Shown: in pieces, positions 1 to 13,220 of the stretch | Layout: each line of letters starts with the position of its first letter | Position numbering within the stretch: position 1 is the first letter of the stretch | Notes under the pieces: model-generated | Seen by the model: the letters and a program-made list of their open reading frames with translations, nothing else | Told to the model about the DNA's origin: nothing | The model's database searches: none | Source: Selaginella moellendorffii | Lineage: Eukaryota; Plantae; Lycopodiophyta | NCBI RefSeq assembly: GCF_000143415.4 | Contig: NW_003314263.1 | Coordinates: 1 to 64,000 of the forward strand | Direction of reading: 5' to 3' | DNA length: 64,000 nt | Position numbers and translations under genes: made by a program

Positions 1-3000
1 CGAACACTAGATCTCTCCGCACATCGTCCCAGAAGGTTGCTGTTGCGCTGGATATTGCCAACTTCAAGCTCGCTTTTCGACTTAGCGCATCCGCCACGAT
101 GTTGCTCTTCCCAGGCTTGTACAGAATTTCGCAATCAAACTCGGCCAAGGCATTGGCCCACCGACCTTGTTTCCCTCTTAGGTCGGGCTGTGACAAGAAG
201 TGTTTCGTTGCCACATTGTCCGTGTAAACCTTGAAGTGTCTCCCAAGGTAGTGTCGCCACTCCTTGAGTGCCTTGACCACCGCAAACAATTCCTTCTCAT
301 GGGCAGGCCACTTCCGTTGAGCCTTGTCCAGCTTCTTCGAGAAGAACGCTACCGGATGGTTGTCTTGCTTCAGAACTGCGCCCAACGCAAAGTCCGAAGC
401 ATCCGTTTCTACCTCAAAGTCCTTACCAAAGTCTGGCAATGCCAATACGGGAGCCTTCCTCAACTTCCCTTTGAGGTGGACGAATGCCGCCTCGCATTCT
501 GCTGTCCATACCATCTTCCCTTTTCCTGTTTGGTCCGTTAAGGGCAGGGCTACTCTCGAATAGTGTCTGATAAACTTTCGATAGTAGTTGCATAGCCCCA
601 GGAACGCCCTCAACTCATGTACATTCGATGGTCGCTCCCATTCCTGGATCGCTTGGACCTTCTCCGGGTCCACCTTGAGCCCGTCCTGGCCCACCACATG
701 CCCGAGAAACTTTACCTCTTGTTGAGCAAAGTCACATTTGCTCTCTTTAGCATACAGCTTGTGTTCCCTTAGTTTCTCAAACACCTTCGCCAAGTGTTCG
801 GCATGCTCTTCTAGCGTCTCGCTATAGATCAGGATGTCGTCGATATAGACGACCACGAAGTGATCTAGATAGGGTACAAAGACGTGGTTCATTAGCGCCG
901 AAAACGTTGCCGGCGCATTACATAGCCCGAAGGGCATCACCAGAAACTCAAAGCTCCCATACCTCGTTCGACAGGTTGTCTTCTCGACATCTTCCTCGGC
1001 TACCCTGATCTGGTAGTATCCTGACCTTAGGTCAATCCTCGAGAAGTATGTTGCCTTTCCCAACCTATCGAACAGGTCCTCAATCCTTGGCAAAGGGTAC
1101 TTGTTCTTCTTTGTATACTTGTTGAGCAAGCGGTAGTCTATGCACATGCGCATAGATCCATCTTTCTTTTTCACAAATAACACCGGCGCCCCATACGGCG
1201 ACTTGCTCAACCTAACATACCCTTTGTCCACCAACTCCTCTAGTTGGCACTTGAGCTCCTTGAGTTCTTTTTCGTTCAAACGATAAGGGGGACGAACCAC
1301 TGCCTCAGCACCTCGACCAGCTCAATCTTATGTTCTATCGGTCGTGCTGGGGGCAGCCCCGCCGGTAGCTCCTCCGGCATGGTATCCTGGAATTGGTCCA
1401 ACACCCGCTGGATCACTAAAGGCACTTCTTCCGTTCTTGTCTTTTTGTCACTCTTCACCGAGAGTAAGCACAAAAAGGCTGCCTTAGTTCCTTTAGTGAG
1501 TTGTCCTCTCGTGGACACCAGGTTTAAGCAGGATTCTTTGGCCTTGCTTTGCCCTACCTTTAGATCCTGGGCTTCCACCCTAGATCTTCTTCCTTGGGCA
1601 TTCGCCAGTACCACAAGGTTCCTACCTTGTCCATGGAGGGCTACCACGAACCGATTGAACCAATCCATTCCGAAGATCACGTCAAATCCCGCCATGTCCA
1701 ACACGGTGAAATCCATGTCTACCTTCCATGTCCCTACTTCGACTTTCGCTTGTCGAAGTACCTCATCGGTGCTTTGGCTACCTTGAACAAACTCTATAGT
1801 CCTTGGTTCGCCTAGCCGCTGCACCGTTAGTCCGGCTTGCCGGACTATGTCTACAGCCACAAAATTATCCGAAGCACCCGTGTCAATAAGGATCTTAACA
1901 AAGCTACCTCCGAGCTTCCCTCGGAGGGCTAGTAGATGTCGCGAACGACTCTCTACCAAAGTTGCTCGTGTAATGAGTAACTTTGAGTTAGGGACTGGAT
2001 CACATACCTCATTTTGGACTTCGCCCGACTTGATGGCCATATTGGCTCTAGCCTTCTTCGGGTAGGGACATTCCCTCGAAAAGTGTCCCGCTTCACCGCA
2101 GTTATAGCATACGTTGTTTCCCACGCTGCTATATGACTNNNNNNNNNNNNNNNNNNNNNNNNNNNNNNNNNNNNNNNNNNNNNNNNNNNNNNNNNNNNNN
2201 NNNNNNNNNNNNNNNNNNNNNNNNNNNNNNNNNNNNNNTTCTTAGAGAAACTCTTCTTGAATTTCCCCCTGCTATATGTTCCCCTCGGTTTGGCCCCTTT
2301 GTGAAACGTGGATCCCGACCCCGTCGTGTTCCCCTTTCGCAGGTTATCGTTGAAATGCACCTTGATGGCCGCATCCAACGCTTCCTTGTAGTTGGTCGGG
2401 TTCCAGCGCATCACCTCACCGCGAGCCCAGGTTTGCAAACCTGATATAAAGGCATGGAACGCATCCATATCCCCCATGTCCGTGACAAGTATCCTCTTTG
2501 CCATGAACCCATTCACATATTCCTGGATGGTTCCAGTCTGCTTCAGCCTACTCAGCTCATCTCTCAGATGCAGAGTGGCATTCGGAGGAACGTATGTCGC
2601 GTGGATCCTCGCCTTCATCATGTCCCAGGTGGCCACCGGTCCTTCGTTGGCCTCCGTTGTTCTCCACCAAGACTTGGCATTATCTGCCAAGTATGGTTTT
2701 GCACATGGGACCTTCTCCGAGCTCGGTAACCGTAACGCTCGGAAGTAGTCCTCCATATCGTAAAACCAATCCTCCACAACCTTATAGTCGTTCACTCCCT
2801 TGAACACCGGTGGGGGCTTTGGTTTGTACTTGGGAACTGCCTGAGGGACTGATTCCACTTCGGTCTGTTCGACCTTGTCTGGTTTTGCCTCAGTCCCTGC
2901 CGAAGGGTCCGCACCTTCTACGCTGCCAGCATCCGCAGTCTTTCGCCTTTTCTTCCGTTTCTCGTCACGCTTTAGCTTGCGTACGAGAGTCTCCAGCAGG

Positions 3001-3209
3001 GCATTGGTCTGCGCCAATTGACCTTCTAGAACGTCCAATCGAGCCTTGGACGACCGAACCTCGCCACCGGACTCCTGTTTGGAAGTTTCCTCACTAGAGT
3101 CCTCCTCATGCAAGGATTCCTCATCCATAGCCTCTTGTTCGACCGGAGGCTCCAGCTCTGGCGGAGGTTCTGTCTCCGCCTGGGTTCGCTTACGCCCTGC
3201 CCTTGCCAT
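1..3209 (-). pseudogene. gag-pol of the left gypsy element, frameshifted near 1311 between protease and RT
   Basis: ORFs 1953-3224 (gag) and 1276-2124 (NC-PR); RT-RH continues in another frame after HKIELVE, consistent with a 1-bp loss (or sequencing error); N gap 2139-2238 in gag. Confidence 0.85.
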
Positions 3210-3253
3210 CTCCCAGCAATCCACCTCTATCCTTCGCTAGAACTGAGGAGAAG

Positions 3254-3265
3254 GCTCCGATACCA
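3254..3265 (-). promoter_or_regulatory. Primer-binding site, tRNA-iMet type (TGGTATCGGAGC)
   Basis: Reverse complement of gctccgatacca, 3 nt inside the LTR end CA. Confidence 0.9.
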
Positions 3266-3268
3266 AAT

Positions 3269-4416
3269 TGTAAGCCACAAATTTTTCCTTTCCACTTTGC
3301 CAGCTTACCTCGCCTATCCGTCCAACACTGCCTTGGCTTTTGCTAAGTTCCCTCGCCAAGGTTCTCGCCTATGGTACCAGCTCCTACTTGGTTTCAGCTA
3401 CTCACTGCACGAGCAACGGAGTGTTAGCCATCCTTCCATGGATTCCCAAATCACTCCCAATCCCCCTCCCCGGGTTAGACTGGACTTAAGGTTCGGCTAC
3501 ACTCCCCGCAAGCACAAGCAGCCAAGCACACCAAGCTTCCAGGTTCCTAACATCCCTTGGTACCACAAGACTTGATCATGGGACCCTCTAAATCCCAAGT
3601 CTTGAGTGCAACACTTGCTTCGGGACGCCGGGGCGAAACACCGTGGCCTAGCGGCCCGGTATGGGTACCTCTCGCCCCCCACTTCCATCCCGAAGGAAGG
3701 CCCAAGCCCCTAGGAAGGGCGAGGACCAATGAGCCGCATGGTACTCAAGTGGGGCACCACTCCACATGAGCCGGGAGCACCGCAATCGGTTTCCTTTTCG
3801 GGAGTGGGAGCTGCTCTTGAGCACTTCCTTGGATGGCCCCTCCGGCACCAGCCAAGTCCATGCTCACTCCCACCCAAGGCCCCTCGGTCCCAGTCCCAAC
3901 CTCAAGTCGGTTTGGAAACCCAACTGGAGAGTCCCTTCAAAACTGGTTCCTGGACCTCACTATCCCTACTATACTTTTGGAACCCCCTGCAGCCCCCCCC
4001 CCCTGGGAGACGCACGCTTTGGGCTTTCACCCCTTGACCCGTATTAGTATTTGGACTTAGTCTCTGGCTCGATCTTGGACCCGATTTCGGATCCGACTTC
4101 GGATTCGGGTTCGGACTCGATCACGGACTCGATCTCGGACCCGATCTCGGACCCGACCTCGGACTCGACCTCAGACTCGGTCTTGGACCCGATTTCGGAT
4201 CTCGGACTCCGTCTCGAACTCGGTTTCGAACTCGGACTCGAACTCGGTCCCCGAGTCGGTCTCGGACTCGATTCCGGACTCTATCTCGAACTCGGTCCTA
4301 GAGTCGGTCTTGGACTCGATCCTCGACTTGGTCCCATCCGATGAACTCTTTGTCACTTCGGTCAAGCTTTTGGGGATCCTTTAGCCTACGACATCTCGGG
4401 GAGTCGGTTCCTTACA
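3269..4416 (-). repeat. 5' LTR (1148 bp) with internal hexamer array (CCGAGT/CCGAGA variants, about 4065-4330)
   Basis: Terminal inverted TGTAAG/CTTACA, adjacent PBS, core shared with the LTR at 30213-31625. Confidence 0.88.
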
Positions 4417-5032
4417 CTGTTGTCATGGCGGTGACAACTGGAACTCCTGCCACTCGTCTTCTTGTTCCTGATTGTTCTCCTGCTCGCTAACAGGACTGCT
4501 TGGATGAGGATTTGCACTCCTCGCTCTTGGACTCTCAGGCTCATGAACCAGTGGCAGATTTCTCGCAAGAATTCTCGCCTCTCTCTCACGTCTCTGCTTC
4601 GTTCGTCTTTCCTCTCGCTCTTGTGCTTCTACAAGTCTCGCCAAATACTCTTGTCTTCTTTGGCTCATACACCAAGAAGGAACGGCCTCGATTTGGTGAG
4701 GGCAGCCCGGCTTCTCCTAGCGCTCACCCTTCTACCACAATCTCCACGCTCACTTCGCTTCCCGGGCAGTGCACCAAAAGATGTCGCTCCTCGCGACAAC
4801 ACACCAGCGACGTGGAGAATCACTGCTGCCTAGCCTCATCTCTAGCCTCGTCAGCGACCTCTGCTAGAACCTCTGCCAACATCCTAACCCAGGGCTGCCC
4901 ACAAGTCAGACTACTCACACAGATTGGTTGATCTTGAGCGATTCTCGCTGTGATACGCTCCTCGAACAACCGTAGTCGCCACTGCACTGCCAACCTCCGC
5001 TCCACGCGCTCCAAGGCTGTTGTACGAGGCAT
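4417..5032 (-). pseudogene. Degenerate ORF of unknown identity, probably TE-derived, interrupted by the gypsy insertion
   Basis: Broken coding-like frames 4820-5032 and 4423-4668 (charged, coiled-coil-like); no recognisable motif. Confidence 0.3.
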
Positions 5033-5667
5033 CCTTCCAAGACCTTCTCTTTATTTCACTCCCTCCCCCTCTACACACATCCTATGCCTGGAAATTGGCC
5101 ATCCCCCCTATCGTCAACCTCTGGCACCAAGGGACACACCCTGTTTTCAGCAGAATATTCCCTTATTCCCCCCACTATAACCAAAAAGAAGGAAAAAACC
5201 CCGACTTGGACCAAGTCTTATTCTTGAGCTGGCTCTGGCCCTCGACACACACCACCTCTACATTTACACTTAGAATAAGTTGAAAGACAAGGGATGCACT
5301 TTACAAGTAGTCCTTATGCTTGTTGTTAGGGCCAGGGTTTTGATAGACAGCCAAAACCAGTAACTCTACAAATCAAGCTCATGGCCCTGGTGCCTAAATG
5401 AAAGTCCATCTCTTGCTAATAGTTTTATAGATACATAAATAGAACCATCTAAGAAAAGAACCTTACGACCTATACCATAAGCTAGTATACAGTTGTTAAT
5501 AATGAATGTGAAAGATTGAGTAAAATGTATATTATTAGCTCTCCACCCGTGTTCTATCATGATAATTTCATTGTTATTCTTTTGTGTTTCATAACAAAAG
5601 AAACACAAACCTTATGTAAATACTGCTTGTTTAAAACTCGCCATATAAGTTCCTTTGAATAAAAAGA

Positions 5668-5913
5668 AAATTTAAGAATATGCTGTATGGTAGCGAACAA
5701 CGCAGGAAGAGCTGTGTCGACGTGCACAGCTCCAAGGACATCTCAGCAAGAGGGAGGCTGATTATCGAAGAAAACGATTACGGACTTACACGGAGGTCAT
5801 GCGTGATGAGAAGCTCAAGCGCAACAGACTCGAAGATCGAACTGGAAGGATTTGGCCGAGAAAAGGAAACTGGAGAAGGGAAACAACCAGCTGGTTCTAA
5901 ACGAAAGAGAGAG
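5668..5913 (+). pseudogene. Deletion-riddled fragment of the SF3B1 5' region
   Basis: Encodes [13 protein letters not shown] and matches blocks of 18887-19460 in inverted orientation. Confidence 0.9.
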
Positions 5914-6942
5914 CACTCGAACGTGGGGATGGGATGCCGGTCCGAATTGAGCCAGCTCCACAAACTTTAAGCCTGGAATGCATGTCACAGGCGAAGTAAA
6001 GCTTGCACAAATCATCTGGCATCTTTGCAACTGTCTCCCACTTGAGAGTATGTTCATCCATTTGCCATATAACAACTTCCGAGTATTCATCCAGTATCCT
6101 CGTCGGAAGATGGTGAGCCACTCACAACGGTATCCACCACAGCCTTGCACAGGTCACAGAAACAGATTGGGCTCCACAATGCGAATGCTTTCCGCGTACT
6201 CTTCCACACCATCCTACGCAGGAAACTCAGGCTGTGAATCTGTCAAGGCTTCAGCTTCCATGTCGTAGAACATGACCCTCAGGTACCCGTTTCTGCCACT
6301 TTTCGCCAAGAAGCAGAACATGTTGCCAACGATGACATTGCACGGATAGAACTCAAGGTACTGCAGCGGTTCCAACTCCAGGACCTCCTCCATACCTTCG
6401 TCCTGCTTTCGTATATATAAACACCCCTGACTTCACCGAATTCGGCCATTTCCACCACCCTGAACTCTTTTGAACTGCTCGCCTTGGGAACGATAGCTGC
6501 GGTGGACACGACGATCTTGGGTGGGATAGCCACCTGAAACGCCTCCGATTTGCAAGGATTGAAGACGTGCATCAAGGCCGAAAAAATCATCCGTGAGAAG
6601 GAACAGAGCAAACGAGACCATATCGCATGGAAAGAAATTTCAAGTACCTCGGTCCTCTGAAGGTACAAGCAAGGCCACCGTTGGCCAAGGCGTGATCGCT
6701 TCCACTTCCGCCGAGACGGCCTAAAACGCGACACAGGGTACAACGGCGTTGTGAACAGCCAGCGAATCCAGCACGCCGCTGTTGATCTTGTGCACAGCGA
6801 GCCAGCAATCGCATTCTTGGAGATGCTCCGGCCGCAGGAACGTCATCCAGTTTGGCTGCCGCCTGCGCCGATCTCGCCGAACAGCCAGAGCATCCGATCC
6901 CGTGGATAAACAAGAGCCGATGCTCCTCCTCTCCACCTGCAT
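5914..6942 (-). pseudogene. F-box-associated domain pseudogene (copy 1)
   Basis: LLC...HVFNP, FRVV...VYIYESRTKVW, VVIWQMDEHTLKWETVAKMP typical of plant F-box C-terminal domains; stops and frameshifts; no F-box motif recognised. Confidence 0.7.
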
Positions 6943-7662
6943 TTCTTTCGCAACGAAAGAACAACGCTATTTAGCTCGCCTCAAATGTTAATGAACTGGG
7001 TTTGAACATCGTCAGGATTGAAAGTGAAGTTCAATGGGTTTTATAGTTCTGGGGAATGTCATGCTTTTCATTTATACCAATGCTTCGGTATAGTGTGGCC
7101 ATGGTCTGGTACAAGCCTTCTTTGGAATGGCTCTTGTAAGTTGTACCATGAATTTTTATTGCAAAAAATTACTAATTTGACATCAGTGAAGTGATAATAA
7201 TAAAAATTAATGACATAAATTAATAATTTTTCATGAGTAACAAACAATGGAACAAGATGAACATTTATATTGCTAGTTATTTACTTTTCCCAAGCATGCA
7301 GTAAAAATTTCATTGGTTCATCTTTTAAAATTTATGAAATCACCAGTATAAGAGTATAATCAATAATGGTTATTTTCATTGCTTATGCAAAAACTGAATT
7401 AGTACAAGCAAAATAATAAAATGCAATATAATTCATATATTATTTTGGAAAGTAATAAAACTTTAAATAAAATATAATATATAATAAATTAAAAAATAAA
7501 ATCACATTAAAAGGTAATTCTTATACAAAAATAATTTAATATAGTAGAATCTGAGTATAATTCATCAACATAAATCCATAAAGAGATATCATTTAATATA
7601 ATGAAAATAAAAGTTATGCACTCTTATAATTATCAATTACTAGAATATTGAAAAATATAAAC

Positions 7663-7838
7663 TGTAAGGGCCAAGTGTACGGTTATAATGCCGTATACTA
7701 ATATTAGCGTAGTGGGATTTTGGTAACCGTCAGATTGGTTTCAATCTGGACCATTCGCTCTTGTATATAAATTAAGGTTTTTGGGTTAATTGACATGCAC
7801 ATTTTCTGTATTTCCTTTCTATATTTCAAGCACTCACA
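7663..7838 (+). repeat. Putative short 5' LTR (176 bp)
   Basis: Starts TGTAAG where the inverted-arm homology stops; ends CA one base before the PBS; no second copy to confirm. Confidence 0.65.
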
Positions 7839-7839
7839 T

Positions 7840-7855
7840 TGGTGGAGATGAGGGG
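7840..7855 (+). promoter_or_regulatory. PBS complementary to the tRNA-Ala 3' end
   Basis: TGGTGGAGATGAGGGG vs expected TGGTGGAGATGCGGGG (1 mismatch). Confidence 0.75.
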
Positions 7856-10800
7856 CACCTTTGATTGTCCTTGAGGAGTGCTTGGATTTGGGATAATATT
7901 TTAGATCTAGCTTTTGCATCATCTAGATCTAGCTTTTTCCATTTCCTTTCTTTTGTTCTTTCTTTTCAAGGTTTTAATTTAGATCTAGCTTTTTGCATTG
8001 TCTAGATCTACCATTTCCTTCTAGCTTTTTGTCATTTCTCTTCTTTTGCTCTTTCTTTTTCATTCATCTTTATGGCAGATCAGTAATCTCCTCCTTTGAC
8101 TCTAGAGCAACAGTTGGTACAATTGCTTGATGCTATGCGCTTGCAATTGAACAACCAAACTCAGTTGATGGCAACGTTCATGGCACATGGTACAACTCCT
8201 TCTACTGTTGGTGTCAATCCTCGCGTTCGGCCGGAGTTCTTTCGCGGGAATCCTGGGGATGATGTGTACCATTGGTTCGATCACTTCACGGTGATTGCCA
8301 CATATCATTCTTGGGATGATGCTCGACGTTTGCGTGAGTTTCCCATCTGTCTCCAAGGGACAGCATTGCAGTGGTACAATGGTTTGAGCGCAGCCACTCT
8401 TGGGGATTAGAGTGTTCTCCCGGACATCTTCAAACGCGCCTTCGGACATGCCGATGATTGTGATGATGCTTTTCAACAATTGCATCGCCTTCGCCAAGGG
8501 CCATCTGAGTCGGTGATGCAATTTGGTGTTCGTTTTCGAAGTCTTTTGCTTCATGCGGAGCCAAATATGTCGGAGCAGATCAAGCTAGGAATGTTGTGGC
8601 CAGCACTTCTTCAAGATCTTGTCGGACTTGTGCATGCACTTGCTCCTTCCACCCTTGACGATGCTCTCGCTTGGCATAACGTTATGAGACATCGCCTCTT
8701 CCACTTCTCGCTACATGTCCTTCCGCTCCACTTCCTATGGGTGATGGTCCTGTTCCAATGGAGGTTGATGCTGCTGCTGCTCGAGTCCAAGGACAAGCGC
8801 GAGGATGTGGTCGTGGCCGTGATGGTCGCTGCTGGGTGTGTGATGAAGTTGGTCATACTTATCGGCGTTGCCGTCGTTTTCCGAATGGCGACCTCCATTT
8901 CCTGGGTGGAGACCTTGGTGTCAGCAACGTCCCGTGGGTGCTGCTGCAGTGGAAGGTCTGGACACCGAGATGCATCCGGGAAATGAGGAGTTGCGCGAGT
9001 AACGGAGGGACCTTGCGCGAATAAATCAGTGACCCCTCCATCTTTCTTTCGGGAGTATCATCAAGGGGTTCACTTGGCACCAGTTTATCCAGTGTTTACT
9101 TTCCAAGCTCGTTTTTATAACAAGAGGTCTTCTATTATTCTCTTTGTGTTGGTTGATACAGATTCGAGTTTATCTTCTATTGCTCGACCTGTTGCCACAC
9201 GTTGTCGTCTACACTTGCGTCGTGCGGTGGAACCAGTTTTCATTTTTTATGGCAACGACCATACACATGCATGTGCACGGGATGAGGTGGACCTGGTTGT
9301 ACGTGTGGGCGATCTCGAGCTTGAGTTGCAGTCGTTGCAGGTGGTGCCAAGTCAAGCTTTTGACCTCATTTTTGGTATGGATTGGTTGCAGCGCAATCAT
9401 GCCAAGTGTGATTTTGAGGCTTCTCCCCCTTATCTCATACTTCCTTATGTTTCATCCATTCCTCTCACTTTCGTACCTCTTCGTCCCTCTACTTCTACCT
9501 CTGCTTCCATTACTTTTGTTCCCCCACTCTTTCCTTCTGTGTTTCCATCTTGTTCTGCTTTTCCCTTTTCCAATCCCTCCGACGATCTTTGTGTTGCAGC
9601 AGTTGACCGGCTCATGAAGGAGTATTCTGATCTCTTTGAATTTGACCTATCGTCTGGGGCCAAGATTGCCACACGTCATCCGATTCCAACCGGGGATGCT
9701 CGTCCAATCAAGGTTCCTATTCGTCATCAGTCNNNNNNNNNNNNNNNNNNNNNNNNNNNNNNNNNNNNNNNNNNNNNNNNNNNNNNNNNNNNNNNNNNNN
9801 NNNNNNNNNNNNNNNNNNNNNNNNNNNNNNNNGAGCAAACGTCAAGGAAATGCTGGAGAAAGGTGTTATTCGGAAGTCGTGGAGTCCTTGGGCATGTGAC
9901 CCTCATCTTGTGACGAAGCCTGATGGGAGTATTCGTTTCTGCATCGACTATCGTCCGTTAAACGAAGTGACGATCCCAGATGTGTATCCTCTTCTTCACA
10001 CTGTTGATCTCTTAGATCGTCTGGGGCGAAGTCGTTGGTTCACCAAGCTAAATCTTGCTTCTGGGTATTGGCAAGTACCGATGGCCGAAGAAGATATTCC
10101 TAAGACTGCTTTTCGTACACTATTTGGTTTGTACGAGTTCTTGGTGATGCCGTTTGGTTTGAACAATGCTCCAGCAACTTTCCAGCGGATGATGGACGAG
10201 GTTCTTTGCGATATGCCGGAGGTGACTGCTGACTTCATTGATGATGTCTTGATCCACTCAGAGGGGATGTGGAAGGAGCACGTTTATGATGTTTGTAAAG
10301 TGTTGGATCGGTTATGCAACGTTGGTTTAAAGCTGAAACGGTCAAAGTGCGTGTTTGGGTCTAAGGACACAACTTATCTTGGGTATTGTATTTCTCGTGA
10401 AGGTTTGCAAGTTGATCCTGACAAACTTGTGGCTGTTCTAAAATTCCCTACTCCGAAGTGTGTGAATGATGTGTAGCGCTTCTTGGGTAAGGTGCAGTAT
10501 CTCAGTCGTTTTGTGGATCATCTTTCCGATCGCACTACACCATTGCGAGCATTGCTAAAGTCATCAACGTCATCTTTCATTTGGTCTCCGGATTGTGAGT
10601 GGGCATTCGTGGATCTCAAAGAGCTATTGACGACTCCTCTAGTTTTGGCATATCCTGACTACACAACCTTTTATTTTGTGTGTGGATGCTTCTAACATTG
10701 GTCTTAGAGGTGTGTTGATGCAAGAGAGCTCGAGTGTGCTTGGTTAGTGCCATCCCATTGCATACATAAGCCGTACATTACAACTAGCAGAGATGAACTA

Positions 10801-12442
10801 CTCCACAACGGAGAAAGAGTGTTTAGCAGCAGTTTGGAATTTCGAGAAACTTCATGCATATCTACATGGTTCTCGGACGTTACTTGAAGGTGACCATGCT
10901 GTTGTTACTTCATTATTGAAGCAGAAGAACCTAGTTGGTCATACGGCTCGATGGGCTTTGAAGCTTCAGATATATGATTTCGATGTTATTCATTGCCCAG
11001 GGAGTTCTATGGCTGATGCTGATGCCCTTTCTCAAGCTCCTCTTCCTTCTCCACTCACTTCTCATGTTTCTGACGAACCTATTATTCCAGCATCTGTGGA
11101 TTTTTTAGATGAGGATTCACTGCCGTCGACGGTTGCTGTCCTTGACGTTCAGTGTCCACAAGGAGCAGAGCAAGATCTACCTTCTCTTGATAAGGTTCGC
11201 GAGGCTCAAAAGATTGAGCCGTGGATTCGAAGGCTTCGAGATGGGTTTGAGAATCCTGCATCACTTGCTGATGACTTGCCTTTTCGGCATTTACATTCTC
11301 AATATCGCCTTGAAGATGGCTTTCTTTATTTTGTGGGGACGGATCCTGATGATCATTTATGGCTGGTGGTGCCTTCGGTGTTTATTCCGCAGTTTCTCCA
11401 TGCCTACCATGATTCTCCTGTTCTAGGTGGGCATATGGGACACCGTTGTGTCACCGAGAAGCTGCGCAGGTCTTTCTATTGGCCGGAGATGCAACGTGAT
11501 ATTATCCGGTATGTGCATAGCTGCTTTTGGTGCCAAACTCGTAATACTCCCCCTCGTGCTGTGGAAGGATGGTTGGAGTCAATTGCGGTTTCCCGTCCAT
11601 TTGAGTTAGTGGCATTTGATCTTATGGGACCTTTTCCACGGTCAACTGCTGGCAATGAGTATGTTATTATTGCTTATGACTGCTTGACTCGTTGGGTGGA
11701 AGTTGGTGCTCTTGCTAGCGCCTCTGCAACTGCTGTTGGATACTTCCTCCTCAATCGAGTGGTGTTCCAGCATTCTTGTCCAGAGCGAATTCTTTCGGAT
11801 AATGGTCCTGCATTTATGGCTGAGGTATTTCATGTTTTAACGTCTTGGTTGGGGATATGCCGCACTTTTACGAGTGCTTATCATCCACAATCAGACAGTC
11901 TGGTGGAATGTCTCGTTCGGACATTCAAAGGGATGATTGCGAAGTATGTGAACTTTCAGCATTCGGATTGGGATGGTTATTTGCCGTCTCTTCGGTATGC
12001 ATATGTTACAGGGGTGCAAAGTTCTGTTGGTGCTTCACCATATAAACTCTTATATGGTTATGATCCAATGTTACCAACGGAGCTGGGTTTACCTTCGCGA
12101 TTGCCACGAGCTATCGATGCTAGATCATGGGATCAATATTTGATGAGCATTCTTCCACTTGTCCGAGCAGAGTCTGCCGAACACTTAGGCCACGTACAAG
12201 TGGGACAAAAATGGCGCTACAACTCCCATCATCGTCCACCTGCGGAGTACAAAGTGGATGATTTGGTGTTAGTCCGTTTTCCCCATCTTACGGTACGTGG
12301 TTTATCTAAGGGGCTTCTTGCACAATAGAAAGGACCATATCGAGTGTTGCGGCAAGTTGGACCACAAGTTTATGAGGTTCGGCATGACGTTCAGCAGGCC
12401 GATCCTCCAGAGATTGTGCATGTGCAACGGTTGAAATGCTTT

Positions 12443-13220
12443 GAGTGGTTATGCACTGGAAGGAGTTCTCATGCAAGAAGGACAACCTATTGAATATGAG
12501 AGTCAAACTTTACATCCTATAAAGCAATGTTGTTCTACATATAAGCAAGAGTTATTCTCCATTATTCATGGTTTGTGGATATGGCATCACTAGCAATATT
12601 TATAGTGTTAACAGATCACAAACCTTTTGTGTATCTTTTCACAAAGAAGGAATTGAACACTAAGCAAACTCGTTGGATGGTCAAACTCATAAAGTTTAGG
12701 GAGTTTCTTATTAAGCATCATCTAGGAAAATTGAATGTGGTGGCAAATGCTTTATCTCATATTTGTTATATGATAGTGTTACAAACACAGTTTATCATCA
12801 TTTAAATAAGGTGGTTAACGAATTTGGGTAGTTTGTTGAGTGTGCTCAGGCTCAAGATGCTAAGGTGGTTTCTTTGCAAACCCAAATGAAAGCATATTTC
12901 TCATTAGTGGATGGGATTCTTTACTATAATGGCAATGTATATTTGCCACAAGTGGATGTATTAATTACTCAAGTTTTATTCCATTATCATGATCATCCAG
13001 AGGCTGGTCATTTTGGGGGGAAAAAGACATATGAATTGATTACACGCACTTTTTATTGGAGGAATATAAAAACTAATACCCTTGAATATTGTAAATCATG
13101 TGAGCTCTATCAACAAGTTAAGGTGCCATAAGAAAAGCCGGGGGGACTTTTGCAATCTTTGTTTATTCCTTAGAGCCATTGATATAGTATCTTTATGGAC
13201 TTCATCATTTGTTTGCTATG
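12443..13220 (+). mobile_element. Older gypsy pol fragment (RNase H plus integrase zinc finger)
   Basis: SGYALEGVLMQEGQPIEYES, VLTDHKP, GKLNVVANALS, HDHPEAGHFG..FYW..CKSC; AT-rich and degraded. Confidence 0.85.

Larger units (their letters stand above)
1..4416 (-). mobile_element. Ty3/gypsy LTR retrotransposon (chromovirus, Galadriel-like); 5' part, continues beyond the left window edge
   Basis: 5' LTR 3269-4416 bounded by TGTAAG...CTTACA; tRNA-Met PBS; gag with CYNCGEAGHFSREC; protease LIDTGAS; RT ([46 protein letters not shown]); RNase H ([24 protein letters not shown]). Clade assignment is from remembered motif style only. Confidence 0.93.
5401..7659. repeat. Left arm of a long inverted duplication (partner 20152-23083)
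   Basis: Reverse-complement identity, e.g. aaagtccatctcttgctaatag at 5401 vs ctattagcaagagatggacttt ending 23083; near-identical ORF translations on opposite strands. Confidence 0.95.
7663..12445 (+). mobile_element. Decayed non-chromovirus Ty3/gypsy element; 3' LTR missing
   Basis: TG..CA LTR 7663-7838, PBS, gag from about 8072 (CWVCDEVGHTYRRC), protease LVDTDSS, RT (DGSIRFCIDYR, FIDD), RNase H, integrase (HMGH..CFWC, DLMGP, SDNG); many stops and frameshifts. Confidence 0.9.

Noticed and set aside
5318-5400. Imperfect inverted repeat (tagggccaggg...ccctggtgccta) at the outer end of the left arm
   Set aside because: Short and imperfect, with no counterpart at 23083 and no TSD; cannot call a transposon end
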